Made by a program: the position numbers and the translations under genes
Notes under the pieces: model-generated
What the model saw: only the letters and a program-made list of their open reading frames with translations
Told to the model about the DNA's origin: nothing
The model's database searches: none
Assembly: GCF_009834535.1 (NCBI RefSeq)
Contig: NC_045697.1
Span: forward strand, 112,594,001 to 112,658,000
Direction: 5' to 3'
From: Camelus ferus
Taxonomy: Eukaryota
DNA: 64,000 nucleotides
Part shown: in pieces, positions 26,950-38,138 of the stretch
How positions within the stretch are numbered: position 1 is the stretch's first letter
How the letters are laid out: each line of letters opens with the position of its first letter

Positions 26950-27282
26950 TAGGACATCATCCTCAAAGGTCTTATTCCCAACTCTGCTGGGACCCTCCCT
27001 TGAGTTTCTGAGGTATTGGCAGCAGCCTGTGGTACCTTTTCTCAAAATGATTTGAATCTCAGGTCTGTGGTGCCCTTTCTTCAAACTTCTAAGGTTTAAA
27101 AATTTCAGAATCTTTTCTTGTATTTCCCTAGTCTGGGAAATGATAGTTGCTTTTCCCTTTTTGTTTTTCCAGTTCTGTAACCTTGTGTAACAAATTCCCT
27201 GTGTTAAATTCTGTATATTAAAATACCTGATGCCATTTCTATTTTATCTGTGAGACTGTGACTGTGACTGATAGACCATAAT

Positions 27283-27619
27283 TGTCTAGTTTTGGCTGCT
27301 GTAACCAAGTAACATAGACTATGTGGTTTATAAACAACAGAAACTTATTTCTCAAGTTTCTAGAGGCTGGGAGTCTGAGATGAGGATACCAGCATGGTTA
27401 GGTTCTGGTGAGATTCTCAACTATCTTCTCACTTTGTTCTCACGTGGGAGAGTGAAGCAAGATTTCGTGTCTTTTTTTAAGGGCGCTAATCCCACTCATG
27501 AGGGATCCATCTTCATGACCTAATAGCCTCCCAAAGCCTCGCTTCCTAATACCACCACAATGGGGGTTAGGATTTCAATATATAGATTGTGGAAGAACAC
27601 AAATATTCAGTCTGTTGTG
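27283..27619 (-). mobile_element. MLT1A-like solo LTR with 5-bp TSD ATAAT
   Basis: 'ttataaacaacagaaacttatttctca...gggcgctaatcccactcatgaggg'; ATAAT at 27278-27282 and 27620-27624. Confidence 0.85.
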
Positions 27620-27742
27620 ATAATCCTGGCTTTCCTGGGACTGTCCTAATTTATGTCTGTTTTCCCACTGTGTTTTTAATGCTCATTGTCTTTTTCTCTC
27701 CAAAGTATCCTAATTGAGCAAGGAGGTATACAATCATGCTAA
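27620..27742 (-). mobile_element. MER94-like hAT-Blackjack MITE
   Basis: 'atcctggctttcctgggactgtcctaattta...ctccaaagtatcctaattg'. Confidence 0.6.
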
Positions 27743-28203
27743 AAGTACATAACAGTGCTCTGGACATCAGGACACCTGGGATCCAGCCCTGGCTTTGTAA
27801 AAATGCATGTGGTATTGAGCATATCACTTAATCCACTATGAAGAGTAGGTGACAATTTCTACCACTTATTACAGCTCCAAATCTCTTGGGTCTTACAATC
27901 AATCTATGATGCTATCATACAATTTGTCCAAATGTATTCAAATTTGTTACCATTGAGATATGGATGTAAATCTAAGTAGCATTGGAATTGACATGGATTT
28001 TGAGCTGTGTTTTAGGGAAGAGAAAGATGAGCTGGGAGAGATTTTCTGAAAAAGGATTGCTAAATCAAGTCGATTACATCAACAACAAAATTATTGCAGC
28101 AGGAAAGGACAGAGATATTTGATAAGTTTAATGTCCATACAGGTCTATTATTATTTATGGATTTTTTTTCTCTGTACAGGCACTAGTTTAAGTGTTTTGC
28201 ATA

Positions 28204-28456
28204 TACAAGTTGACCCTTGAAAAATATGGGTTTGAACTGAGTGAGTTCACTTATATGGGGATTTTTTTCAATAAATACTTGAGTACTACTGGAGTATTTC
28301 AATAAATACTGTGAAGTACGATCCACAGTTGGTTGTATCCAAGGCTGTGGAACTGCAGATACAGAGGCCAACTAGGACACTCAAGCATCTATGGATTTTG
28401 GTATCCTTGGTGGTTCTTGGAACCAATCCTCCCTCAGAAACCAAGGGAAGAATGTA
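28204..28456. mobile_element. Tigger2/MER2-like Tc1-mariner MITE inserted in a MIR (about 28145-28610)
   Basis: 'agttgacccttgaaaaatatgggtttgaactg' ... 'ggattttggtatcc...ggaaccaatcc...ccaagggaagaatgta'. Confidence 0.8.
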
Positions 28457-28644
28457 ATAATTTATTTAACATTTACAATAATGCTGTGCAGCAGGCATTG
28501 TTATTATTCCCATTATATAGATGAAAGATTCAGAGAGGTCAAGGACTTGTTTGAATAGACATAGCAAAGGAGTGGTTTGCACTCAGTAATCTAGTTTTAT
28601 AACTGCTATACCATAATGTTAAGTATCAAGATCAACACAGCTGT

Positions 28645-28785
28645 ATGTGACATGATGGAGGTGTTGGCTAACCCTATGGCAGTAATCATTTTGCAATAGA
28701 TAAGTATATCAAATCAATATGTTGTACACCTTAAGTGTTCACAGTATTAAATGCCACTTATATCTTAATAAACTGGAAAAAAGAG
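28645..28785 (+). mobile_element. Old L1 3' terminal fragment
   Basis: 'gtaatcattttgcaatagataagtatatcaaatc...ttgtacaccttaa...ttatatcttaataaactggaaaaa'. Confidence 0.75.
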
Positions 28786-28929
28786 AAGAAACATAGCTGA
28801 TATAGAAGAAATATAATTCCAATGCAAGTTTGATTAGGAAAAATCTACCTAAGCTCTCTTAAAATATATTTCAATTGTTCCTTTTCATAATCAGAAGAAA
28901 ACTTTCTGGTTGAAGATGAGCTCCTTTGA

Positions 28930-29092
28930 AACTATGGCTGTAGACTGCTTAAAATAACACATCACAGTCCTAGGCCTTCACCTCAGATAATCCTACAATA
29001 ATTAGATGTTCTGATTTAGTAGGCTGGAAGTGAGGCCCAGAAATCTGCATTTTAGTTATGTGGTTTTGTACCCTTAAAATTGAGAGCAACTA
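28930..29092. mobile_element. MER5A-like MITE
   Basis: 'ttctgatttagtaggctggaagtgaggcccagaaatctgcatttt'. Confidence 0.65.
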
Positions 29093-29130
29093 TTTTCTAG
29101 CTTTTGGAATGAAGTGCCTGACAGGCATGC

Positions 29131-29496
29131 TGTATTAGTGTGCTAGGGCTGCATAACAAATAGCACAGGCTGGATGGCTTAACCAACAGGAGTTTATTTC
29201 TGGAGGCTGGAGATCCAAGATCAAGCTTTCTCCTGAGACCTTTCTCCGTAGTTTATAGACAGGCACTTTCCCACTGTACCCTCACACAGTTGTCCCTGTG
29301 GCCCTGTAATCTGTGTCCCAACCTCCTCTTCTTGTAAGGATACCAGTCATAGTGAATTAAAGCCCATTCTAAAGATAACTTTTTAAATTTATTACCTCTT
29401 TAAAGATCCTATCTCCAAAGACAGTCATATTCCAAACTACTGGGGGTCAGGACTTCAACGTAGCTATTTTGAGGGGATGCATTTAAGCTTGTAACA
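29131..29496 (-). mobile_element. MLT1A/B-like solo LTR
   Basis: 'tgtattagtgtgctagggctgcataacaaa' ... 'cctcttcttgtaaggataccagtcata' ... 'tgtaaca'. Confidence 0.85.
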
Positions 29497-29500
29497 CCTC

Positions 29501-29629
29501 AGACCACACATCCCATCTTGTTTAGGATAATCCCAGCTTGCATCGGCTGTGCTTGGATGATTTTTATTAAAGCCCCTTTTTCATCTCAAGAGTATTCCAG
29601 TTTGGGTCATAAATTGTATGATCTCCCTA
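29501..29629 (-). mobile_element. MER94-like hAT-Blackjack MITE
   Basis: 'gaccacacatccc...gccccttttttcatctcaagagtattccagtttgggtcataaattgtatgatctcccta'. Confidence 0.7.
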
Positions 29630-31859
29630 TTTAAAGGTTACAAAGTTACTTAAATTAAATATCACTGTCTTATTCTTCTATTTTGTTCCACTGGCATCTT
29701 GAGGACAATTCTTACAGTATACAAAATATTAGAAAAGTGATATCTCCAGTTATATTAAGGCCATTATGTTTTCTAAATTACATTACATTGAAAATTAAAA
29801 ACCCAGTGAAAGAAAGTTAATGTGCTTACAGTAGATTTTACCGCTCTCCGCAGGTGCTATTTTTCTTCATTTTCTTACTTGACATATTATATGTTTCTAG
29901 ACAGTCTTTGTAATATTAATATACAACTGAAATCAAGATTTTAAAGTTTTTTGTTCAAAGGCTGCTCCACACATAATTGAAATGTCATTTCTATGCACAG
30001 TTTTTGGTCCAAGAGAATATAGCAACTTACCTTTCCAAAGCTGTGAGGATGCCATTTGGACTACCCCAAGTCAATTAAATTCTTTCCGCCCTAGTTTTTT
30101 CATCTGTAAAATGTGCATCAAAATACCAGCTACCCTAGAATTATAAACGTCAAGTTCATACAACGGCTAAGATTCCTCTGCCTCCACGCTTGACTCTTCC
30201 TCCCTTTCGTTTTCTCATCACCTCTCCCAGCACTTGTCATCTGCTTTGTCTCCTATTGTTGTTTTTGTCCTCGCTCTCGGGATGTTGACTTGGGGCAAAG
30301 GTACTGTGTTGGTGGGTTTTTATTCCTTGAACACAGCAGATGAGATGCTTACAGATAACGCTAGGTATTTGTGGAGGGGAAAGTCAATGAACACAAAAAG
30401 GATGGAGGGATGAAGTTGACAAAGGCAGTGTGCTTCCATTTTCTCTACTGTAGAGAATTACATAAAAGAATCACAGAAGAGATCATTCAAGGGCTTGAAC
30501 ATCTAATGGAGACTTTTCTAACGTGAACTCTGCAGACACCATTCAGGCATCACACGCGTAATTCGGAAGTGGGCAATCATAGAAGGAGAACTCAGACAAC
30601 AGATAAGAGACAGAAAACATACAGCTTGTTGTTCCTCATATTTCCTTTGGCAGAGAAAACAATTTTAAATCTCAGTATTGGAATGGAACCCTTTGCTCAT
30701 GAGTCTTCACCTGCCTGAGTGCACACGCTCTGTGTTGGAAGAGAAACTAATCTGAAAAATCAGCTTGTTCTTATTCATCTTAGAATCCTTATAAAATGGA
30801 GACACAGTAACACCAGAGTACTTTTCTGATTTTACCAAGAATCCATAAAAGTTCTCCTATCTTTCTTTCTCCAGGACAATTTCTATCTTAATTTGCTTTA
30901 ACTTTGTATATTACTCTAAAATTACTCTGTATGCTAACGATGAATCTGTTTCACTTTAGAAGGGGAAAAGCTATGTCTCAAACATGCTAGGATCGTTCAA
31001 CATGATCTGTCAGGATCATTAAGTCATACACACCAATCTCCCAGATACGCACTTTGACAGTGGAAAGGAGGCACCTCTACGACTTAACACTTGCTTGGCT
31101 TCATGAGTGCAAAGCAACCTCTTTTCTCTCTCTCTTTTTTTTCCTTATGTGCAAGTTTTGTAGCCAAGATATAATATCCTAATTCTCACACTAAACTTTA
31201 GTTTCAATGGATGTTAATACTTTTATAAGTTCGTTACAAAGATTGCCCCAGCAGTTTGTTTTGAATTGAAATTGCTCTCATCTCAGCTGCAAAGCCTGAA
31301 TTGCAATCTGGCAGGTCTGTCTTCCTTCTCCTCCCTTCTTACGGGCGGTGGGAGCGGGAGCGGATGTCATCTGAGGAGGGAGCATGAACACACCCAGTAG
31401 CCCTGCCCCATTTTACATGTGAGAAGTGCAAAGTCTCATTATAAAATGAAAGGAAAGACCCACATTTAAGTTCATCTTAAGTAAAAAAAAAATTATGGGA
31501 GTATTTGAAAACTTCTTTTCCCCAATCCAAGATATTTATCTAAATTTGGGAGTGATGGGAGTGATTGGCAATATAGCATTTTGATAGCTTCGAATTAGCA
31601 TTGGTTTTGCCACCACTGCATTTCCAGCCTGCCATCTTCAGTAACACTCGACAGTTCTCTGCACTACACATTCTTTTCTAGGGCTCTTTTCACTCTAATG
31701 CTGCTAGAATTTTCTGAATGATGATCAAGTTGGTCATCTCCCTTGGGAGACGTTCTCATGGACTGGTAAGGAGTTTCTCCTCACATCAGCTCAAGTTCTA
31801 GTTTGTAAGTGACAAACTTTTTCCATCTTTTAATCTCTTTAAAATACAAATGTCTTAGT

Positions 31860-32560
31860 GTCAGAGAAATGCAAATTAAATCTTGAATGAGGGTCTAGAC
31901 ATCATTACTACACACACCAGAATGTTTAACATTAAAAAAAAATTAAATAGTCACAACTCTAAGTATGTGTGAGAATGTAGAGTAACTAGAATTCTCATGC
32001 AGAATGATGGGGAGGCGGTGTAAATTGATAAAACCATAGTAAGACAGAATTACTAAGGCTGAACAGAGGCATATTCTGTGTCCCAGAAATTCCATTTCTG
32101 TATATGTGTCTGACAGAGAAGAGTCCACATGTCATATGTCACTAAACATAGGTGCACGTGTGCAATGATGCTCTTAGCAGCATTATTATAACCAAAATAC
32201 ATTATAGTCAAGTGGATCAATATGTTCTAGTCATATGAGGCAGAATATTTTTTAAAAAACCTATAACTGCTTACAAAAACGTGGACAAATCTCACAAAAT
32301 GTTAAGTGAAAGAAGCCAGACATTAAAACATACCTAATGTATGATTCCACGTATATGAAATTCAAAAACAGACAAAACCAACCTGTGGCTATTTAGAGTC
32401 AGAATGATGGTTACCTTTGTCAGGGATGTTAACTGGGTGTTCTACATCGTGACCTAAAAGGTAATTACAGAGTTATGCTAATTTAGTCAACGCAGCAAGG
32501 GCTCAACTAAGAATTTTCCACTTTATATGTATGATACCACAATTAAAAAGTTTACAAAGT
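31860..32560 (+). mobile_element. Ancient L1 (L1ME-like) 3' region
   Basis: 'agagaaatgcaaattaaa', 'aatgttaagtgaaagaagccagaca', 'atgattccac...aaattcaaaaacagacaaaac'. Confidence 0.75.
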
Positions 32561-32976
32561 GTATTTTATACAACTTGTTTTTATTTGCATTCTGAACTTG
32601 AAAGCAACTTAAAAAAAAACTCAGAGTACTTTGAAACTAAATACTTTCGGGGGGTAAGAAATGCTTTGGGAATGGACTTAGAAATTTTAATGATTAATGT
32701 TTTATATATTAGAAATTTTATTTTTTCTCCATGGCTAGTATGCATTTATTAATGTCAAGGTTTCTGTTCACATGTTCCAATTAGCAAACAAGTAATAGGT
32801 TATTAACTAATAATTAAACTATATCCCCCAAAATGAGTAGTTAACTCTGAAAGAAAAGGTCTAATAAAGGTCTGTCACGCTTAAACTTCAATCTTGTTTA
32901 CCTTGTATGTTTTACCCAAATATTCATCCTCTGTTTTCACATGAAAATTGCTAGATATTTCTTTTTTGCCAATGTA

Positions 32977-34060
32977 TTTTTTTAGTTGAAGTATAGTTGA
33001 TTTACACTGTTGTGTTAGTTTCAGGTGTACAGCATAGTGGGTTCAGTTATACATGTATATAACATTCTTTTTTAGATTATTTTCCATTATAGGTCATTAC
33101 AAGATATTGAATATAGTTCCCTGTGCTGTACAGGTAGGTCCTTTTTGGTTATTGATTTTATATATAGTAGTGTGTATCTGCTAATCCCAAGCTCCTAATT
33201 TATCCCCTTGCCTTCTTTCCCCTTTGGTAACCATGAGTTTGTTTCCTATGTCTGTGAGTCTGTTTTTGTTTTATAAATAAGTTCATTCTATATCATTTTT
33301 ACAGAGTCCAGGTGTAAGTCATATCAGATGATATTTGTCTTTCTCTCTCTGACTTACTTCACTTAGTATGATTATCTCTAGATCCAACCACGTGGCTGCA
33401 AATGGCATTATTTCATTCTTTTTATGGCTGAGAAGTATTCCATTGTGCATATATATACCACATCTTTATGCAGTCATCTGTCAATGGACACTTAGGTTGC
33501 TTCCATGTCTTGGCTATTGTAAATAGTGGTGCTGTGAACATTGGGGTACATGTATCTTTTTGAATTAGTGTTTTTGTTTTTTCTGGATATATGCCCAGGA
33601 GTGGGATTACTGGATCTATGGTGAGTCTGTTTTTAGTTTTTTAAGGAGCCTCCATACTGTTCTCCATAGTGGCTGCATCAAATTGCATTCCTACCAACAG
33701 CGTAGGAGGGTTCCCTTTTCTCCACACCCTCTCTAGCACTTATTATTTGTAGACTTTTAATGATGATCATTCTGACTGGTGTAAGGTGATACCTCATTGT
33801 GGTTTTGATTCACATTTCTCTAATAATTAGTGATGTTGAGCATCTTTTCATGTGTTTGCTGGCCATCTGTATGTCATCTTTGGAGAAATGTCTATTTAGG
33901 TCTTCTGCCCATTTTTGATTGGGTTGTTTGTTTTTTTAATATAGAATTGTATGAGCAGTTTGTATATTTTGGAAATTAACCCCTTGTCGGTTGCATCATT
34001 TGCAAATATTTTCTCTCATTCTGTAGGTTTTCTTTTCATTTTGTTTATGGTTTCCTTTCT
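32977..34060 (-). mobile_element. 5'-truncated L1 (ORF2 end and 3' UTR)
   Basis: 'ttgaagtatagttgatttacac', 'ggagggttcccttttctccacaccctc', 'tttgcaaatattttctctcattctgtagg'. Confidence 0.93.
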
Positions 34061-35249
34061 TAAAGTTCAGTCTCTGGGCTTCTTTGAAAGGGTAACAGAT
34101 ACAGATTTTCAGTTGGTAATTATTTCAATTTGGTCTTTTGAACAAAATTCTGGATATATCTCACTTGATCTCATTTCTTTTTTAACGCATCTTATATTTA
34201 TGTTGAATACAAAAAGTGATGTAGCAATCTGTTGATTTAGAAGAATAATTTCCATTGCCAGATAACTATTTCTTCAAGTCTAAGTAAAGATGGAGGTATT
34301 CCACTTGGACCTGCATAGAACATTCCATGGCTGAGTTATTGGCAGTCTGAGGAATGAATGTTCTGTGTAGGAGGTAAACGTGATGGCCCCTGGGTCCCTA
34401 ATAAGTGCTACACGTCTGTGCTTCTGGGCTTAATGTCTTCATGTATGAACAAACTTTCTACTGTTTTTCCTTATTGCTCTTTGCCTTCCCTCTCTTGAAT
34501 GCGGTATCTGCCAGGACATATCGTCAGGTAAACAGAAAAACAGATTTCAAATCTCACATTCTTTGGTCAAACACTTCCACTTCCTGTGACAAGAAGCTGA
34601 TCGGTAGTGATGCCAGTCCTGACAGGGGGGACCAAATTCAAGTCCACTGGAGAGCAAGACCAGGAAAGCTCACCTGTGCCTCTGGGACCTGAGCAAACTT
34701 GTTGAGGCTTGAGATTCTGCAGAGTTTTGCTCATGGGTATGAGTCATTGTCTCGTTATTTCATACTTGTACCCAGAGGGCTGGACCAAAAATCAACTGAC
34801 TCATGGAGATAAAGGGGTATCTACGAAAATAAACTTGGTGTAACTATACATTATGTGGCTGTTCAATTTCTTTCTCACAAGTTTGTTACATTATGAGCTA
34901 ATTATAAGTGATGGGGGGGGAAGAACATCAGAGCTTGAATTTTGAGGTGAAACTTCCTGGGTATGACATCAATCTCTGGAACCCACTGGCTGGGTCCCTG
35001 TGGTCAAGTTTCCATTCTCTCCACCCTCGGTTTCCTCATCTGAAATATTATACTCACAGTGTCAGAATGATCAAGGGAATGCATGTTTGTGAAGTTGTAG
35101 GAGACCTTCTTGGCTCTCCATGTGCTTTGTTAAAGAGAGTAAGTAAAACGTCCACAGGAATTAAGAAAGGGAAAATCCTTTCTTTGTCCCGACGCTGTTT
35201 TCTTTCACTGTTCTTGTTCTGGGAGAGGCCTGTGCCCATGAATCAGAAT

Positions 35250-35640
35250 ATACTGTGTCACACCTGCTGAGATGCTGTGTCCATCCTGCCTCTTCCCTTC
35301 ACTCGTGCTGCCCCTTCAGTTGGAATGCTCCTTCTCGCCTCTCATGTCCAAAGGCCAGCTGACCTTGAAGGCTCGGCTCAGATGGACTGACTCCTTTCAT
35401 TACTCTCAAAATGAGGGTGTGAATTTCTTCCTCCTCCAAAATTGTAAAGCTTATCATTCCTATTATAGCATTTAAGTTCTTTCTGTCTTGTGTTGTAGCT
35501 CCTTGAGTATGACACTTCATCCCCTAGACCATAGGTCTAGGAGACGCTGTGCAAATCTTTCTATATTCCATTTGTGGAGTGCAATTCTTTGCACAAAGTA
35601 GATGCTCAACAAGTATTTGTTGAATGGATTAATGAATACT
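35250..35640 (+). mobile_element. L2 3' fragment (a MIR lies just upstream at about 34920-35130)
   Basis: Ends 'gcacaaagtagatgctcaacaagtatttgttgaatgga'. Confidence 0.7.
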
Positions 35641-35802
35641 TGATTTAGATACGTTTTACAACTAAACCATATTCTTAAAAATAAAATACTCTAAGAATCT
35701 TTGACAGGACAAAATACAATATAATGTTAAGCAATAAAAAAGCCTATAAGCAGTGTGACTCCAATTTTCTAAAATAAAGTATCTGTCCATCTGTTTACCT
35801 CT

Positions 35803-35846
35803 TATCTATCTATCTATCTGTCTGTCTATCTATCCATCCCTACCTA
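35803..35846 (+). repeat. (TCTA/TCTG)n microsatellite within an old L1ME-like fragment
   Basis: Seen directly. Confidence 0.8.
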
Positions 35847-37433
35847 TTCTTTCTGAAAATACTGGAAAGAAACTACCAAGACATTGACAGTATTTATGTC
35901 TGCATTATAGAATGCAGGTGATTTAAATTTTCTTTCTTTTAGTTTTTGATAAAATGTCTACAATCCCAACATATCACCTTTATAATTATAGGAGCTTAAT
36001 ATTGCAAAATCACGAATGCCTATTTGCAATAAAATTGCTTTAGCCTAGAAATATAAGAATACACTATCATCTTTGAATAGTTTAATTTTAGATTAAATAG
36101 ATTTAAATGAATTGATTTAATAGATTTACATGCTGGCTTTCAGTGAATAGATCTTAAGACCTATGGGGGTGAGATAGCATATAAGATAGTGTCCATCTCT
36201 CTTGCTTAATTCTAAGTGCAACAACTAGTTTGTAATAAAAACTGGAATGTTCATCTAGAGAAATAGAAAGTAATTTTCAATAAGACATCGTAAAAGAACT
36301 ACTAAACATTTTCCATATAGAACTTTTAATTATTGAAAGCAAAGTGTAATTTTAATGTACTTTAAATATGCAGAAAGCAAAAAGCATGTAGAGAGAAATT
36401 CAGAAATACCTATAGGGAATTGAAGGCAAGTTGGCAGGATATAGCTCTTGAATGTTTTTTAAGTGGCTCATTTTGAAAATGGATTTCATAGTGGTGCACA
36501 TATTAAGGAATCATAAATAACGTATTTTGTTGATTTGAAGGGAAAGTGTGTGTTATTTCAAGTAAGCAACTAGAAGTGAGGTCAACTGATCTTCCAAAAT
36601 GTATTTCCAAGAGGTTATTATACGAAGTACACTTATCTTGTGCAGCTAAGCAACCCTGGGCCACCATTACTGGGCTCTTCAAAGCCTTATTTTAACACCT
36701 TTTTTCAGAAGGACTTGCTTCGAGCCCTGCCAAGAGGTCCAAATATCTGGCATTTGTCTACTTACAGAATTACTTCATCTTTGACAAAGTTTCTTCTACT
36801 CTATAGCTTTTCTTTGGATAAAACTGTCTTGTGGTTTACTTGATGGACTGAATTAGCCTTTGTTGGGGAGGGATTTTCCTCTAAAATAGTGTTGAAAAAA
36901 AGTTTGTTGAAAGAAAATGTGGAAAGCAACCACTCCACGGCAATAAAATGGAAGCAAAGGAGCTGCTTGCTCAGTGAAGAATCTCTGTTGATGTGTGTCA
37001 TTTGGTATTAAAAGGAGAGTTCATCACTCTTCATGAACTTCTCTATTTAGCTGAAATATCTATTTAATGTAGTTATGAGAATACACTACAGAGACATTTG
37101 AAATTCAAACGCTATCAAATCAAACACCGCTAATCCAACACCCAGGTGTTCACAGAACTGACCAATGGATGAATTAAACATGCTCACCAGGCTTTCTGTG
37201 TGTTTTGGGAAACCTGGCTGCCAGAGACATTCTGGTAAAGTCCCGCAGGCTGGTACACCTCACTATGTAATAGCCAATGGAAACTTATATTTTGTTTAGT
37301 ACAGAAAATTGGTTTAAAATGAAAAATCCAATGTTGTTGTTGTGTTCTTGTTTATAAGGTGTGGGAGGTTCAGAGCACCTTTCCAAGCATTCAAGATTCT
37401 TGAGAATTTTTTCTCAACTTAAAAGTATATTAG

Positions 37434-37891
37434 TACAATGGAATACTACTCAGTCATAAAAAGAACAAAATAATGCCATTTGCTGCAACATGGATAGACC
37501 TGGAGATCATCATTCTAAGTGAAGTAAATGAGAAAGAGAAAGAAAAATACCATATGATATCACTTATAGGTGGAATCTGGGGGAAAAAAAAGACAAACGA
37601 AATTATATACAAAACAGAAACAGACTCACAGACACAGAAAACAAATTTATGGTTACCAGGAGAAAGGAGATGGGGAGGGATAAATTGGAAGTTTGAGATT
37701 TGCAGATACTAACTGCATAAAATAAACAAGTTTCGTCTGTATAGCACAGGAAACTATGCAGTATCTTGAAGTAACCTATAATGAAAAAGAATACATGTAT
37801 GTGTATGTTTGACTGAAACATTATGGTGTACACCAGAAATTGACACAATACCATAAACTGACTATACTTCAATTAAAAAATAAAACTTAAA
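37434..37891 (+). mobile_element. 5'-truncated L1 (second insertion at this site)
   Basis: 'tacaatggaatactactcag...actgactatacttcaattaaaaaa'; TSD AAAAGTATATTAG at 37421-37433 and 37892-37904. Confidence 0.92.
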
Positions 37892-37903
37892 AAAAGTATA
37901 TTA

Positions 37904-38021
37904 GGAGTTTGGGATTAACATACAAACACTATAGATAAATAACAAGGACCCCCTATACAGCACAGGGAACTATATCCAGTATCTTGTAATAACCTGTAAT
38001 GAAAAGGAATCTGAAAAAAGA

Positions 38022-38059
<38 letters not shown>

Positions 38060-38138
38060 CTGAATTATTTTGCTGTGCACCTGAAACTACATAGCATTGT
38101 AAATCAACTATACTTCAATAAAAAATTTTAAATTTTTA
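37904..38138 (+). mobile_element. 5'-truncated L1 3' tail with internal (TG)n (first insertion at this site)
   Basis: 'ggagtttgggattaac...acagcacagggaactatatccag...aaatcaactatacttcaataaaaa'; TSD AAAAGTATATTA at 37892-37903 and 38139-38150; (TG)n at about 38025-38057. Confidence 0.9.

Larger units (their letters stand above)
25500..27275 (+). mobile_element. ERVL 3' LTR (LTR52/LTR41-like), split by nested LTRs
   Basis: Follows PPT-like 'gggacggac'; starts TGTACT; ends 'aaattccctgtgttaaattctg...gactgataga'. Confidence 0.75.
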
